In this document: one piece after another, positions 26,939 through 34,934 of the stretch
Layout: each line of letters begins with the position of its first letter
How positions within the stretch are numbered: position 1 is the first letter of the stretch
Virus record (IMG/VR): IMGVR_UViG_3300032070_000730
Direction: 5' to 3' (one strand)
Origin: a virus
Lineage: Duplodnaviria; Heunggongvirae; Uroviricota; Caudoviricetes
Length of the DNA stretch: 64,000 nt
Notes under the pieces: generated by a model
Database searches by the model: none
What the model was told of the DNA's origin: nothing
Seen by the model: only the letters and a program-made list of their open reading frames with translations
Made by a program: the position numbers and the translations under genes

Positions 26939-28310
26939 GAACTACAACAGCACCAAATTTATTGGCGGTCTTATTGTAGTCTTTATCATAAGTAAGGAAC
27001 AAAGTCTTGAAGTTCCATCTGATTCTTTCTGGGTAGTGTGCTTCCGTATCAGTGAAGATTAACAAGACTTTTGCACGAATCTTTTCTGCAAACACAAAAA
27101 CATCACTCAAGTCAGTCCCGCCATCAGTCCTGTTCTTGAAAATTGTTTTTACCTGATTCCTGTTGAGCCTGTTCAATGGATATTTTCTGCTTATGCCATC
27201 ATCGAAGAACACCATCCATCCATCCATCTTGAAATTCTTTACAAGACCGAGCAAATCACTGCCGAACTTTCTATATTTGTTGTCATCGATACTACCAGAA
27301 CTATCGATTGCTACAACAACTTTGTCCAGATTCGTCTTCAATCTCGCAGGGATTATAAAACCATTTTTTTCAAAACTTGGAGTCGTATAGAATCTTCTAT
27401 GTGGTCTTGAATAAGTAATATCATGACCATTATCTGCTACCTTTTCCGACATGACATTTTTCAGAACACCGTGCCAGTTTCTTTTCTTCTCGATTAATTC
27501 TTCGAGCATCTCAATCAAATCGCCACGACCTTTTCCAGCGATTTTACTTATCATGATTCCTTGAGCGAGCAGACTTTTTACATAATCTTTTAGTTCGCTG
27601 AACCCTTCCTTCTTTGCATTCTGTGAGAATTCTTCGTCTTTGTCGGTTTCAGTATCAGTCAAATCAGGACTATAAGATTTTAATTTCTCTTCAATTTCTT
27701 CATCGCCTTTTCCTTCTCCCTCACCGTTTTCATCTTCTTCTTCGTTCTCATCTGAACCTTTACCTTCGCTTCCTTCATCAGATTCTTCGTCTTTTTCTTC
27801 TTCATCAGGTTCACCAGATTCGCCAGAACCACCACCACTACCGCCGATTTTTTCAGCAGATTTTGTCAGTGCATTGTAGACCTTTTCAGTCTCCAAATCT
27901 TCGACGGAGAATTCAACAAGAAGATTTTTTCTTTGCAGGTTGGTCAAATTTGTCTCTATCTCTATGATGTCCTGTTCCTTCAACATCAGAGAATTGATTA
28001 CGACATCGCCTGAAATATTCCAGTATAACTTGTTTTTGCCTTCAAGTTTGTTAAATCTTTCTTCATGCTTGAGTATGATATGAAGAACCTCGTGTTCAAG
28101 AAGCCTTGTCCTGAATCTTTTAGGATTAAGATTTTCATTTTTCTCGATTTCTTGAATACAAGAATCATTAACAAGAATCACCTTGCCGTTAGTCAATGCT
28201 GGAAACGGCAAGTCCGTTTTCACGATAGGTATGTGTAAAAGAACAAAACCTATCACAGGGTTCTGATTTAGAATCTTCAGTTTGATTCCTTCAGTCCACT
28301 CTACAACCAT
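26907..28310 (-). CDS. vWA-domain protein with N-terminal DUF2201-type putative metallopeptidase domain
   Basis: HEVLHIILKHEERF (HExxH), MIDAS VVAIDSSGSID, long acidic Gly/Glu linker. Confidence 0.6.
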   Translation of the reverse strand: MVVEWTEGIKLKILNQNPVIGFVLLHIPIVKTDLPFPALTNGKVILVNDSCIQEIEKNENLNPKRFRTRLLEHEVLHIILKHEERFNKLEGKNKLYWNISGDVVINSLMLKEQDIIEIETNLTNLQRKNLLVEFSVEDLETEKVYNALTKSAEKIGGSGGGSGESGEPDEEEKDEESDEGSEGKGSDENEEEDENGEGEGKGDEEIEEKLKSYSPDLTDTETDKDEEFSQNAKKEGFSELKDYVKSLLAQGIMISKIAGKGRGDLIEMLEELIEKKRNWHGVLKNVMSEKVADNGHDITYSRPHRRFYTTPSFEKNGFIIPARLKTNLDKVVVAIDSSGSIDDNKYRKFGSDLLGLVKNFKMDGWMVFFDDGISRKYPLNRLNRNQVKTIFKNRTDGGTDLSDVFVFAEKIRAKVLLIFTDTEAHYPERIRWNFKTLFLTYDKDYNKTANKFGAVVVLDFKEGEKYE

Positions 28311-29332
28311 TCGCTCACCTCTGCGACAATCTTGGTCAATTCTTTGTCTTTCAAAAGTTTCTTGAAGACCTTTTCCTTCAAGTCAGCGTCTAACACGATT
28401 CTCTGCAATAACAAATACAAATATTCAAGACCAAGTTCGTTTTTAATAAAATCTACGACCGCAGTTATGTTGTCTTTTTGTTTGACGTATCTGAAAGACT
28501 TTTCAACGAAGACCAGTTTATGAGTCGTGTTGTCCTGCAATTTCTTTTTCTTGCTCAACACTTCATCAACTTCTGGGACTTCTGCGAAAGTTGTCAGATA
28601 GACTGCAAACTTTTCTGCGACCTTGCTTCCCAAAAACCCTTTCAACATGTCGAACAAAAGAACGTTTCCAAAATCTTCCATCTTTATCTGTGCCATCGCC
28701 TTGCTCAAGAGTTCCCAAGTTCTCGGACAAGAGAATTGCTCGTTGACACCTTCTTCCTGATTCATGCAAAGATATTGTGGGTTGTCCATGAGGAAGTTCA
28801 AAATCTTCCCATCTATCTTATTATCTGTTGCCCATTTGCACCAGTCCTTGAAATACCAGTGGTCTTTTGTCAAGTCATTGACATCAATGTTCAATAACCA
28901 GACTCTTGTAATCTCTGCACTGTCCAGCGAAGTTGTGTATGTCCCATGTTCTGCGTTACCTGCAAGAACAATCCAAACAGTGTCTGGAAGAATTATGTCC
29001 TCGAATTTTCTCTCATTAATCAAAGACAGGACTGCATTTCTTGTCTGACCATCTGCACGGTCATACTCATCGAAGAAGATGATTGCATTTCCTTCCTTCA
29101 CTATGTTTTTGAATTGCTTGCTTGTCAAATACTCAATACCATCTTCAGTCAATCTTGGAATAAGAAAGTCCGAAGAACTTCTTCTCGCCAAGTGAATGAA
29201 GAAGCACTGCTTTTTTTCTTCCTTTGCAATTTGCAAGATAACCTGCGTCTTACCAATACCTGACGCACCAAAAATACCGATAGCAGTTCCAGATTTTAGA
29301 ATCTGCTTAATGATTGGTATGTATCTCAACAT
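28301..29332 (-). CDS. MoxR-like AAA+ ATPase
   Basis: Walker A GASGIGKTQ; Walker B/sensor IIFFDEYDRADGQTRNAVLSLI; partner of the vWA protein. Confidence 0.55.
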   Translation of the reverse strand: MLRYIPIIKQILKSGTAIGIFGASGIGKTQVILQIAKEEKKQCFFIHLARRSSSDFLIPRLTEDGIEYLTSKQFKNIVKEGNAIIFFDEYDRADGQTRNAVLSLINERKFEDIILPDTVWIVLAGNAEHGTYTTSLDSAEITRVWLLNIDVNDLTKDHWYFKDWCKWATDNKIDGKILNFLMDNPQYLCMNQEEGVNEQFSCPRTWELLSKAMAQIKMEDFGNVLLFDMLKGFLGSKVAEKFAVYLTTFAEVPEVDEVLSKKKKLQDNTTHKLVFVEKSFRYVKQKDNITAVVDFIKNELGLEYLYLLLQRIVLDADLKEKVFKKLLKDKELTKIVAEVSEWL

Positions 29333-29502
29333 GCGTTCCCACCTGCTCTGAAAACACGATAGACAACAAGTTCGGCTATGGGAATTTTAGGTAGTTGTTT
29401 ACCTTCATTTTCCATATTTTCACCTCTAAACAGTAATACCATACTACTACTACTCATACTATTACTATATAAGCATTTCGGTTCTTGAGAATATGGTTAT
29501 TT

Positions 29503-29724
29503 TTATGCCAGTTTTCGGTAGAAATTGCACCGTTTACAAGCCCAATACCCAGATTCCTCGCTAAACTTCATCTTCCTTCCGCAGAGCCCGCATTTAATCT
29601 TTTTTGTAAAATTCTCGGTATACACTTGGGTCAATAATCTGACCAGTCGTTGCTTCAATCTGTATAGTAAGTTCGACCCATGTATGTCTTCCGCCATTAT
29701 ACCACCCCATAATAGTTTCTGCAT
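29503..29724 (-). CDS. zinc-ribbon protein (overlaps the 3' end of the next gene; uncertain)
   Basis: CGLCG...CKRC. Confidence 0.25.
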   Translation of the reverse strand: MQKLLWGGIMAEDIHGSNLLYRLKQRLVRLLTQVYTENFTKKIKCGLCGRKMKFSEESGYWACKRCNFYRKLA

Positions 29725-30142
29725 CCCACCCTCTGTTGTTTAATTTATGAGCGAGCATATCAGACATCTGGACGCAACACCAATCTGGATAATGATACGG
29801 TTTGTAATTTGCAACATCTGTTGCGATGTCCAAAAATTCTGGTATCTTGAAATTGCACATGTTAATTTCTGTCTTGCATTCAGATAATTTCGCCGAATAA
29901 CTTTCAAGACAATTCATTGTAGCATTTTGGCATACATTCCAAGCATCCTCGCAGACAGAAATCTCATCTATATAACCATCAATAACACTATCACAAGTCA
30001 TTCTCATTTCCTGCCAACCATTGGAATATCCGTCGTCAGTGCCATGTTGGTATCCCAAATAATAAAAATAAATCAGGCTCGAAAAAATCCACAGAAAAAC
30101 ATTGCACAACAACAAAACAATCCAGATTTTTAGTTCGTCCAT
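29594..30142 (-). CDS. membrane-anchored transglutaminase-like cysteine protease domain protein
   Basis: N-terminal TM; CVQMSDMLAHKL...GRHTWVEL fits the transglutaminase Cys...His core. Confidence 0.45.
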   Translation of the reverse strand: MDELKIWIVLLLCNVFLWIFSSLIYFYYLGYQHGTDDGYSNGWQEMRMTCDSVIDGYIDEISVCEDAWNVCQNATMNCLESYSAKLSECKTEINMCNFKIPEFLDIATDVANYKPYHYPDWCCVQMSDMLAHKLNNRGWDAETIMGWYNGGRHTWVELTIQIEATTGQIIDPSVYREFYKKD

Positions 30143-30144
30143 TA

Positions 30145-30354
30145 TTATCCTTTATCCAGTTCTTTTAATTTATCAATCACTTGTTGCAAACATTCAGAAC
30201 TCATCATAACATCTTTTTCTTGCCACCAAATCCAACATCTCCAATCTTTAAAAAATTCGATAGAACCCAATCTTTCTAACTTCTTGTTCCAAACTATGAA
30301 ATAAATATTGTTAAAATCACCGATTTTCTCAAATGTCAGTTTCATTTTTTCCAT
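30145..30354 (-). CDS. hypothetical protein
   Basis: 69-aa ORF. Confidence 0.3.
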   Translation of the reverse strand: MEKMKLTFEKIGDFNNIYFIVWNKKLERLGSIEFFKDWRCWIWWQEKDVMMSSECLQQVIDKLKELDKG

Positions 30355-30635
30355 CTGCCATGTGTGACTTTTATTTTTATAAGCAAATCTAAAAACTTTT
30401 TCAATTCTCGCAAGTCTTTCACTTCAAACATCTGATTCATTTTTAAGAAAAATCCCTGAACATTATTATCTACTTCTGTCCATCCTCTCTGCGTATATCC
30501 TTCAAATCTCATTATCGATGCGTATTCTTTCAAATCGTTCAATACATTTGCCATCCCAACAAGCGTATCAAATTCCCACACTTCGTTCTGGATTTCAACT
30601 TCCCATTCTTTTCCTTTATCTTTTATCACTATCAT
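30342..30635 (-). CDS. hypothetical protein
   Basis: 97-aa ORF. Confidence 0.3.
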   Translation of the reverse strand: MIVIKDKGKEWEVEIQNEVWEFDTLVGMANVLNDLKEYASIMRFEGYTQRGWTEVDNNVQGFFLKMNQMFEVKDLRELKKFLDLLIKIKVTHGRWKK

Positions 30636-30649
30636 ATCATCACCTTTCC

Positions 30650-30870
30650 ACAGGACTTACAGCAACGATTATGGCTTTCAATTTCCATAAGAGGTTTGAA
30701 AATACTCCGAGCAAGAGCGTCTGACGAGCAAGACGTGAAAAATGGGCGGTAACACACCCGCTCTGTGGAAGATTTTTCAGGATACATAATAAGCATGGTG
30801 GCTTTTGTATCCTGCCCGTCCTTAATTTAGTCGCCTTCAGCCTCATGTGGGGTTCAACACGTCTCATCTT
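30650..30870. ncRNA. candidate structured ncRNA (unidentified)
   Basis: About 220 nt with markedly higher GC (~48%) than surroundings. 9-bp stem CAGGATACA/TGTATCCTG and long-range CCACAG/CTGTGG pairing. The ORF called here (30640..30879) is basic low-complexity and likely spurious. Confidence 0.3.
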
Positions 30871-31075
30871 TAATCCCATCCCATTTTTTTATATTGACTA
30901 TGACCACATTTCTATTGGAAGCAAATTTTTCAAGTTCTTCCATCACTTTCTGAAACCAACTTTTAAACTGCGGTTTTAGAAGTTCAATTTTTATTCTGTC
31001 GCCTTCTTCTTTGACGGACATGATTCTCGTTTCAATACTTATTTCAGTGTTTATTTTAACCATTTTATACACCAA
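30854..31075 (-). CDS. hypothetical protein
   Basis: 73-aa ORF. Confidence 0.3.
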   Translation of the reverse strand: MVYKMVKINTEISIETRIMSVKEEGDRIKIELLKPQFKSWFQKVMEELEKFASNRNVVIVNIKKWDGIKDETC

Positions 31076-31427
31076 TCCATTGCAAGATGTTGATAAAAAG
31101 AAGAACAGTGATGCTTAATACAAGAAGTTGTTTTCCAGTAAGATTTTTTTTAACGTTTTTTTCACACTGCTTGCAGACGTATCCACTGCATTTCAAATTG
31201 TTCCAATTAAAATCCTTAATAAAAACAAAATCACTTTGAGGATAAAGTTTTTGGCAGATGTTACACAACCAGTCGTCATTTTTCATAAAAAAAATTAAAC
31301 ATTTAAAATTTAAATCATTTTCGCTTTTCTGGAAATATCTGCTTATAGATGTCAGGTTTGAATTTTTGCAGATAAAGAAGGCAGTCCGTATAATTTGCGG
31401 GGCATAAAGGCAATGAATGAGTGTCAT
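31065..31427 (-). CDS. Cys-rich membrane-anchored protein (start uncertain; competing ORF 31315..31500)
   Basis: CNICQK...CKQCEK plus C-terminal TM. Confidence 0.25.
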   Translation of the reverse strand: MTLIHCLYAPQIIRTAFFICKNSNLTSISRYFQKSENDLNFKCLIFFMKNDDWLCNICQKLYPQSDFVFIKDFNWNNLKCSGYVCKQCEKNVKKNLTGKQLLVLSITVLLFINILQWIGV

Positions 31428-31535
31428 GACCCGTGCATTCTGGTCTGTTTGGACAAGAATTCATTTCATATAAAAATATTTCTTCACCCATAATCATCAC
31501 TTGATTTTTGAAAAATAAAAAATAAATAAAAAAAT

Positions 31536-32429
31536 CTATTTAGTTGCTGGTATGCTAACAAGCGGTGTCGTTCCAGTTCCGAGCATATACACTGGCATTT
31601 TTCCGTCCCACTTTTCAACCCATCTCAATTGAACTACATCTGGATTTTCTCTCAATGCCTGTCCCTGAATCCTAATTGATTCTGCTTCTGCTGTCGCAAC
31701 TTTTAATTTTGCGTCTGCTTCACCAACTGCCTGTGCAATTTTTCTTTCAGCCTCTAATTTTTCTTTCTTAACTTCAGTCTCTTTCTGCAACATCTCTTGT
31801 TCTGTTTTTTGCTTGGCTTCCACTGCATTCTTTATCTGTTCTGGTATGGCTACATCCCTTATTAAAACTTCTTCAAGGATAAATCCATCTTTGTCGAATT
31901 TCTCAAAAAGATTATCATATATCCCTTCTTCAAGTTTCTCCCTTCCTGCACCATAAAGTTCTGTGACAGCCATCCCACCCGCAACATCCCTTGTCGCTGA
32001 ACGGACTGAAGGTATCACTGTTCCCCAGACATATTCGGTAGTCAAACCTTTTACTACATCGATTGCCTTCTCTGGTTTCACTTTGTAGAACACTGAAACA
32101 TCTACTATAATTTCAAGACCCTCTTTGCTTGGAACTTGCACTGCTATGTCATCGCAATCATCTACTTCTCGCTTGCATTCTTCATAAGTTCCATACAAGT
32201 TAATTGTGTCTCTTGCAGTTTTTATATGATAGACAGTCTGCAAAACAGGTGTTTTAATATGCCAACCGATTCCCATCGTATCTGGAAGGATTCCCTTGCT
32301 TGCATCATATACAACGCCAACTTCTCCAGCATTTATTATTTCTATAGAATCAAATATCAATATCACTGCAACTATCACTGCGACTATGCTAACACACCAT
32401 ATTAAAATGGTTCTTATAGGTTCTTCCAT
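31536..32429 (-). CDS. SPFH/band-7 (stomatin/prohibitin-like) membrane protein
   Basis: N-terminal TM; SPFH core (VVYDASKG...IIVDVSVFYKV); C-terminal Ala/Glu/Lys coiled coil. Confidence 0.65.
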   Translation of the reverse strand: MEEPIRTILIWCVSIVAVIVAVILIFDSIEIINAGEVGVVYDASKGILPDTMGIGWHIKTPVLQTVYHIKTARDTINLYGTYEECKREVDDCDDIAVQVPSKEGLEIIVDVSVFYKVKPEKAIDVVKGLTTEYVWGTVIPSVRSATRDVAGGMAVTELYGAGREKLEEGIYDNLFEKFDKDGFILEEVLIRDVAIPEQIKNAVEAKQKTEQEMLQKETEVKKEKLEAERKIAQAVGEADAKLKVATAEAESIRIQGQALRENPDVVQLRWVEKWDGKMPVYMLGTGTTPLVSIPATK

Positions 32430-33469
32430 AATATCCCCTCTGTCGCAAAGAGACCACCTATTTCAATAGGTGGATGAATTGCAACCTTGAATTTGTGCGA
32501 TAACCATGAAATTTTAGTTGAAACTTTTCCAATCCTTTTGTTTTCCAAATTTCTTATCCAAACATTATTTTTAGTCCCACCAACTATTTGACCAAATTCA
32601 CATATTGTTCCTTTTCTTATTCCTTTAAAATTTCCTGTTGAATATCTTTCCCTTATCCCATCCTTTGAAAATTGTGTATCATGCAACCTTCTTCTTTTGG
32701 GTCTATAAGTATCGTCAACAACCAAAATATTGTCAGTATGAGTTGGGTTATTAACTATTTCTGAAGCGATTACAAAACTGTCAATACAATGTGAATAAAA
32801 GTGCTCTGCTGATTTGTTTGTTGATTTTTTCAATCCTTTCTTTTCTCTCAAATCTTTTGTTTCAAATCCATTAAATATCAGGTAATTTTCCCTTCCAACT
32901 TCATTTACAAGAAAATCCTTGATTGTTTTTTTCCCTATTTCAACTGTGCTGAAATTCTTTCCCCATCTGTTATCCCTATGGTTGAATTTGACATCTTCAA
33001 TTGCAACTTTGTTGATTGGATAATATTTGAATATTTCCCCCATACATTTCAATCTGCTGTTTACAATGACAAATTGCGAAGGTGCGATAAATCCATCTCT
33101 TTTCCTATTGTCAAATCTGCATTCCCTTCTTCTACAATCCCTAAATCGTCTTGCCCTTCTTAATTGTCTTCTTTCTTTTAATTTCCTGACAATGGTTTTC
33201 TTGTCAGGAAGTTTCCACATGACATTCAGGTTATTCTCCTTTTCAGATACAATCGAGTATCCTTCAAATTTTGTTCCAAAATCACAACCCAAAATAAATT
33301 TAGGCACTTCTTTTCTTGTTTCTATTAACATTTGTATTCCAAACAATCCGAACTTGTTCCAGACTGGCTTTGCTACTTTACCTTTTAGGAGTTTTCTCGC
33401 TTTACTTGGTTTGCATGGTGTCAAAGGGTTTCCACTCTCACTTAACACAAATATTCTATTCGGAGACAT
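32414..33469 (-). CDS. isrB: IsrB-like (IscB lacking HNH) RuvC-type OMEGA nuclease
   Basis: Likely real start MSPNRIFVLSESGNPLTPCKPSKARKLLKGKVAKPV (PLMP domain). RuvC-I ILGCDFGTKFEGYSIV; Arg-rich bridge helix RRQLRRARRFRDCRRRECRFDNRKR; RuvC-II VAIEDVKF; RuvC-III HCIDSFVIAS; no HNH. ORF track extends to 33640 (TTG) through low-complexity sequence that is more likely RNA. Confidence 0.7.
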   Translation of the reverse strand: MSPNRIFVLSESGNPLTPCKPSKARKLLKGKVAKPVWNKFGLFGIQMLIETRKEVPKFILGCDFGTKFEGYSIVSEKENNLNVMWKLPDKKTIVRKLKERRQLRRARRFRDCRRRECRFDNRKRDGFIAPSQFVIVNSRLKCMGEIFKYYPINKVAIEDVKFNHRDNRWGKNFSTVEIGKKTIKDFLVNEVGRENYLIFNGFETKDLREKKGLKKSTNKSAEHFYSHCIDSFVIASEIVNNPTHTDNILVVDDTYRPKRRRLHDTQFSKDGIRERYSTGNFKGIRKGTICEFGQIVGGTKNNVWIRNLENKRIGKVSTKISWLSHKFKVAIHPPIEIGGLFATEGILWKNL

Positions 33470-33760
33470 ACTCCCAACATATTTGTTGTCATACCCACAT
33501 CCAAAATGATTGAAAGGTATAGAGTTATCACTACTGTTTGTAGCGTTTTCTAAACTCATGGAATTCAATGGTTCTTCCGAATAATTCAGGACTTGTGGAG
33601 TATCCTGAAGTTCTTGTAACCCTTCAGTCGTAGTTGCCAATTTTTTTACCTCAACTTTTTGTAGTCAACCCTTGCGTTGTCACCATCATCACAAGCCACC
33701 GTTTTTAAACGGTGGTGGTTGACTAAAATCTCACCGAATAAGAAAGATTAAGGTTTAAAG
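33470..33760 (-). ncRNA. candidate omega-RNA scaffold upstream of isrB
   Basis: Relatively GC-rich. Hairpins CCACCG-UUUAAAAA-CGGUGG and UUCAGGA/UCCUGAA. 7-bp long-range pairing GUCAACC/GGUUGAC. Position 5' of the nuclease gene as in IscB/IsrB loci. Confidence 0.4.
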
Positions 33761-33957
33761 ATTTAAAGATATTTAATTTTTCAGTTCTGCGATTTTACCT
33801 TCATAGAACCTTATTCTGTTTTGAAATTTCCGTAATTTTCTCATATCGTGGGAAGCAAAGAGCGATTTTTTGCTTTTTTCAATCTCTCCGTAATAGAATT
33901 CAAGCAGTTTCCTGACTTCCGCTTTCGTCATAATTTAATCCTGTGTCTTAATGATAT

Positions 33958-34242
33958 TTAAACGTTTTCTATTATCTTAATCCAACAATTTCTGATAACA
34001 TTGCGTCTGAAATCACCTATGAAAGATTCCCTGCCGAACTCATCATATATTCTTCTACTGCCCCTTTCATCCCAGAATCGGAAAAGAGTCCTTTCATTTA
34101 TAACAAACATGAATTTTTTTGTCTTCTTTTCAAGTTCATCATTGCTTATTGTAAACCTGTTTTCCCAGTATTCCCCGTCTTTTGTTTCATTCCATGAGCC
34201 GAGTAATTCCTTTTTTTCTCTATCCCAATAATAATTGGTCAT
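33958..34242 (-). CDS. hypothetical protein
   Basis: 94-aa ORF, W/E/R-rich. Confidence 0.3.
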   Translation of the reverse strand: MTNYYWDREKKELLGSWNETKDGEYWENRFTISNDELEKKTKKFMFVINERTLFRFWDERGSRRIYDEFGRESFIGDFRRNVIRNCWIKIIENV

Positions 34243-34403
34243 AAGAAATATTTTATTCTTTCAAAATTTATAGTTTATAATATTTAACTTTAATTTTCAA
34301 ATATTGTTGCAACACACTAAAGAAAAAGGTTTATGTCGATGCATCTGGAAAAGGTTATTTTTCAGTTTTATGTAGAGATAAGTCTGTAGTTTTCAGGTCA
34401 AAA

Positions 34404-34790
34404 ATGTCTGGTTCTGGAAAGGTTAATGACATTGAGTTTGAAGCGATTCAAACAGCAGTGAGAATGTTCAGCAAGAATATAATATTGTATTCTGACAATC
34501 TTCCTGCTATTCATAGAGCAAAGGGAATTTTTAATGGCATGGAAATCCGACATATAATGGGGAAGGACAATCCTGCACATAAGTCGCTATGCGGGTGCGG
34601 GATGCCTAAAAAAATAAAAGAGATAAGGCACGAAGAGATAAAAAAAAGAATCAGAGAAATAAATGAAATCTCATACAAAAAACCAAATTACATGACGGTA
34701 ATGACACCAGAAGGAGAAAGAATCATGAGCCAGTCGAAATTCAAAAAATATGTGAGGTTCATGCAGAATAAATTTTATCACAACAAATAA
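34404..34790 (+). CDS. hypothetical protein
   Basis: 128-aa basic ORF. Confidence 0.3.
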   Translation: MSGSGKVNDIEFEAIQTAVRMFSKNIILYSDNLPAIHRAKGIFNGMEIRHIMGKDNPAHKSLCGCGMPKKIKEIRHEEIKKRIREINEISYKKPNYMTVMTPEGERIMSQSKFKKYVRFMQNKFYHNK

Positions 34791-34934
34791 TTAAAAAAAA
34801 AGAAAAAAATAGGCTATTTACTTCGCAGTGACGCTTCCGCCAACAACTTTAGCAGACAAATAATTAAAAAAAAAAGAAAAAAATAGGCTATTTACTTCGC
34901 AGTGACGCTTCCGCCAACAACTTTAGCAGACAAA
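34788..34934. repeat. tandem direct duplication (2 x ~73 bp)
   Basis: Unit TAATTAAAAAAAAAGAAAAAAATAGGCTATTTACTTCGCAGTGACGCTTCCGCCAACAACTTTAGCAGACAAA occurs twice head-to-tail (one extra A in copy 2). Copy 2 carries the last 14 codons plus terminator T-run of gene 34892..37099. Confidence 0.8.

Noticed and set aside
30640-30879. Minus-strand ORF 30640..30879 as a protein-coding gene
   Set aside because: Arg/Lys/Leu-rich low-complexity product confined to a GC-rich structured island; more consistent with an RNA element.
31315-31500. ORF 31315..31500 as a separate gene
   Set aside because: Out-of-frame overlap with 31065..31427; could not decide which is real, so only one was annotated, at low confidence.
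34788-34934. Possible CRISPR array (direct repeats)
   Set aside because: Only two ~73-bp copies, directly adjacent with no spacer, and they duplicate a gene's 3' end. No other regularly spaced repeats were seen anywhere in the window.
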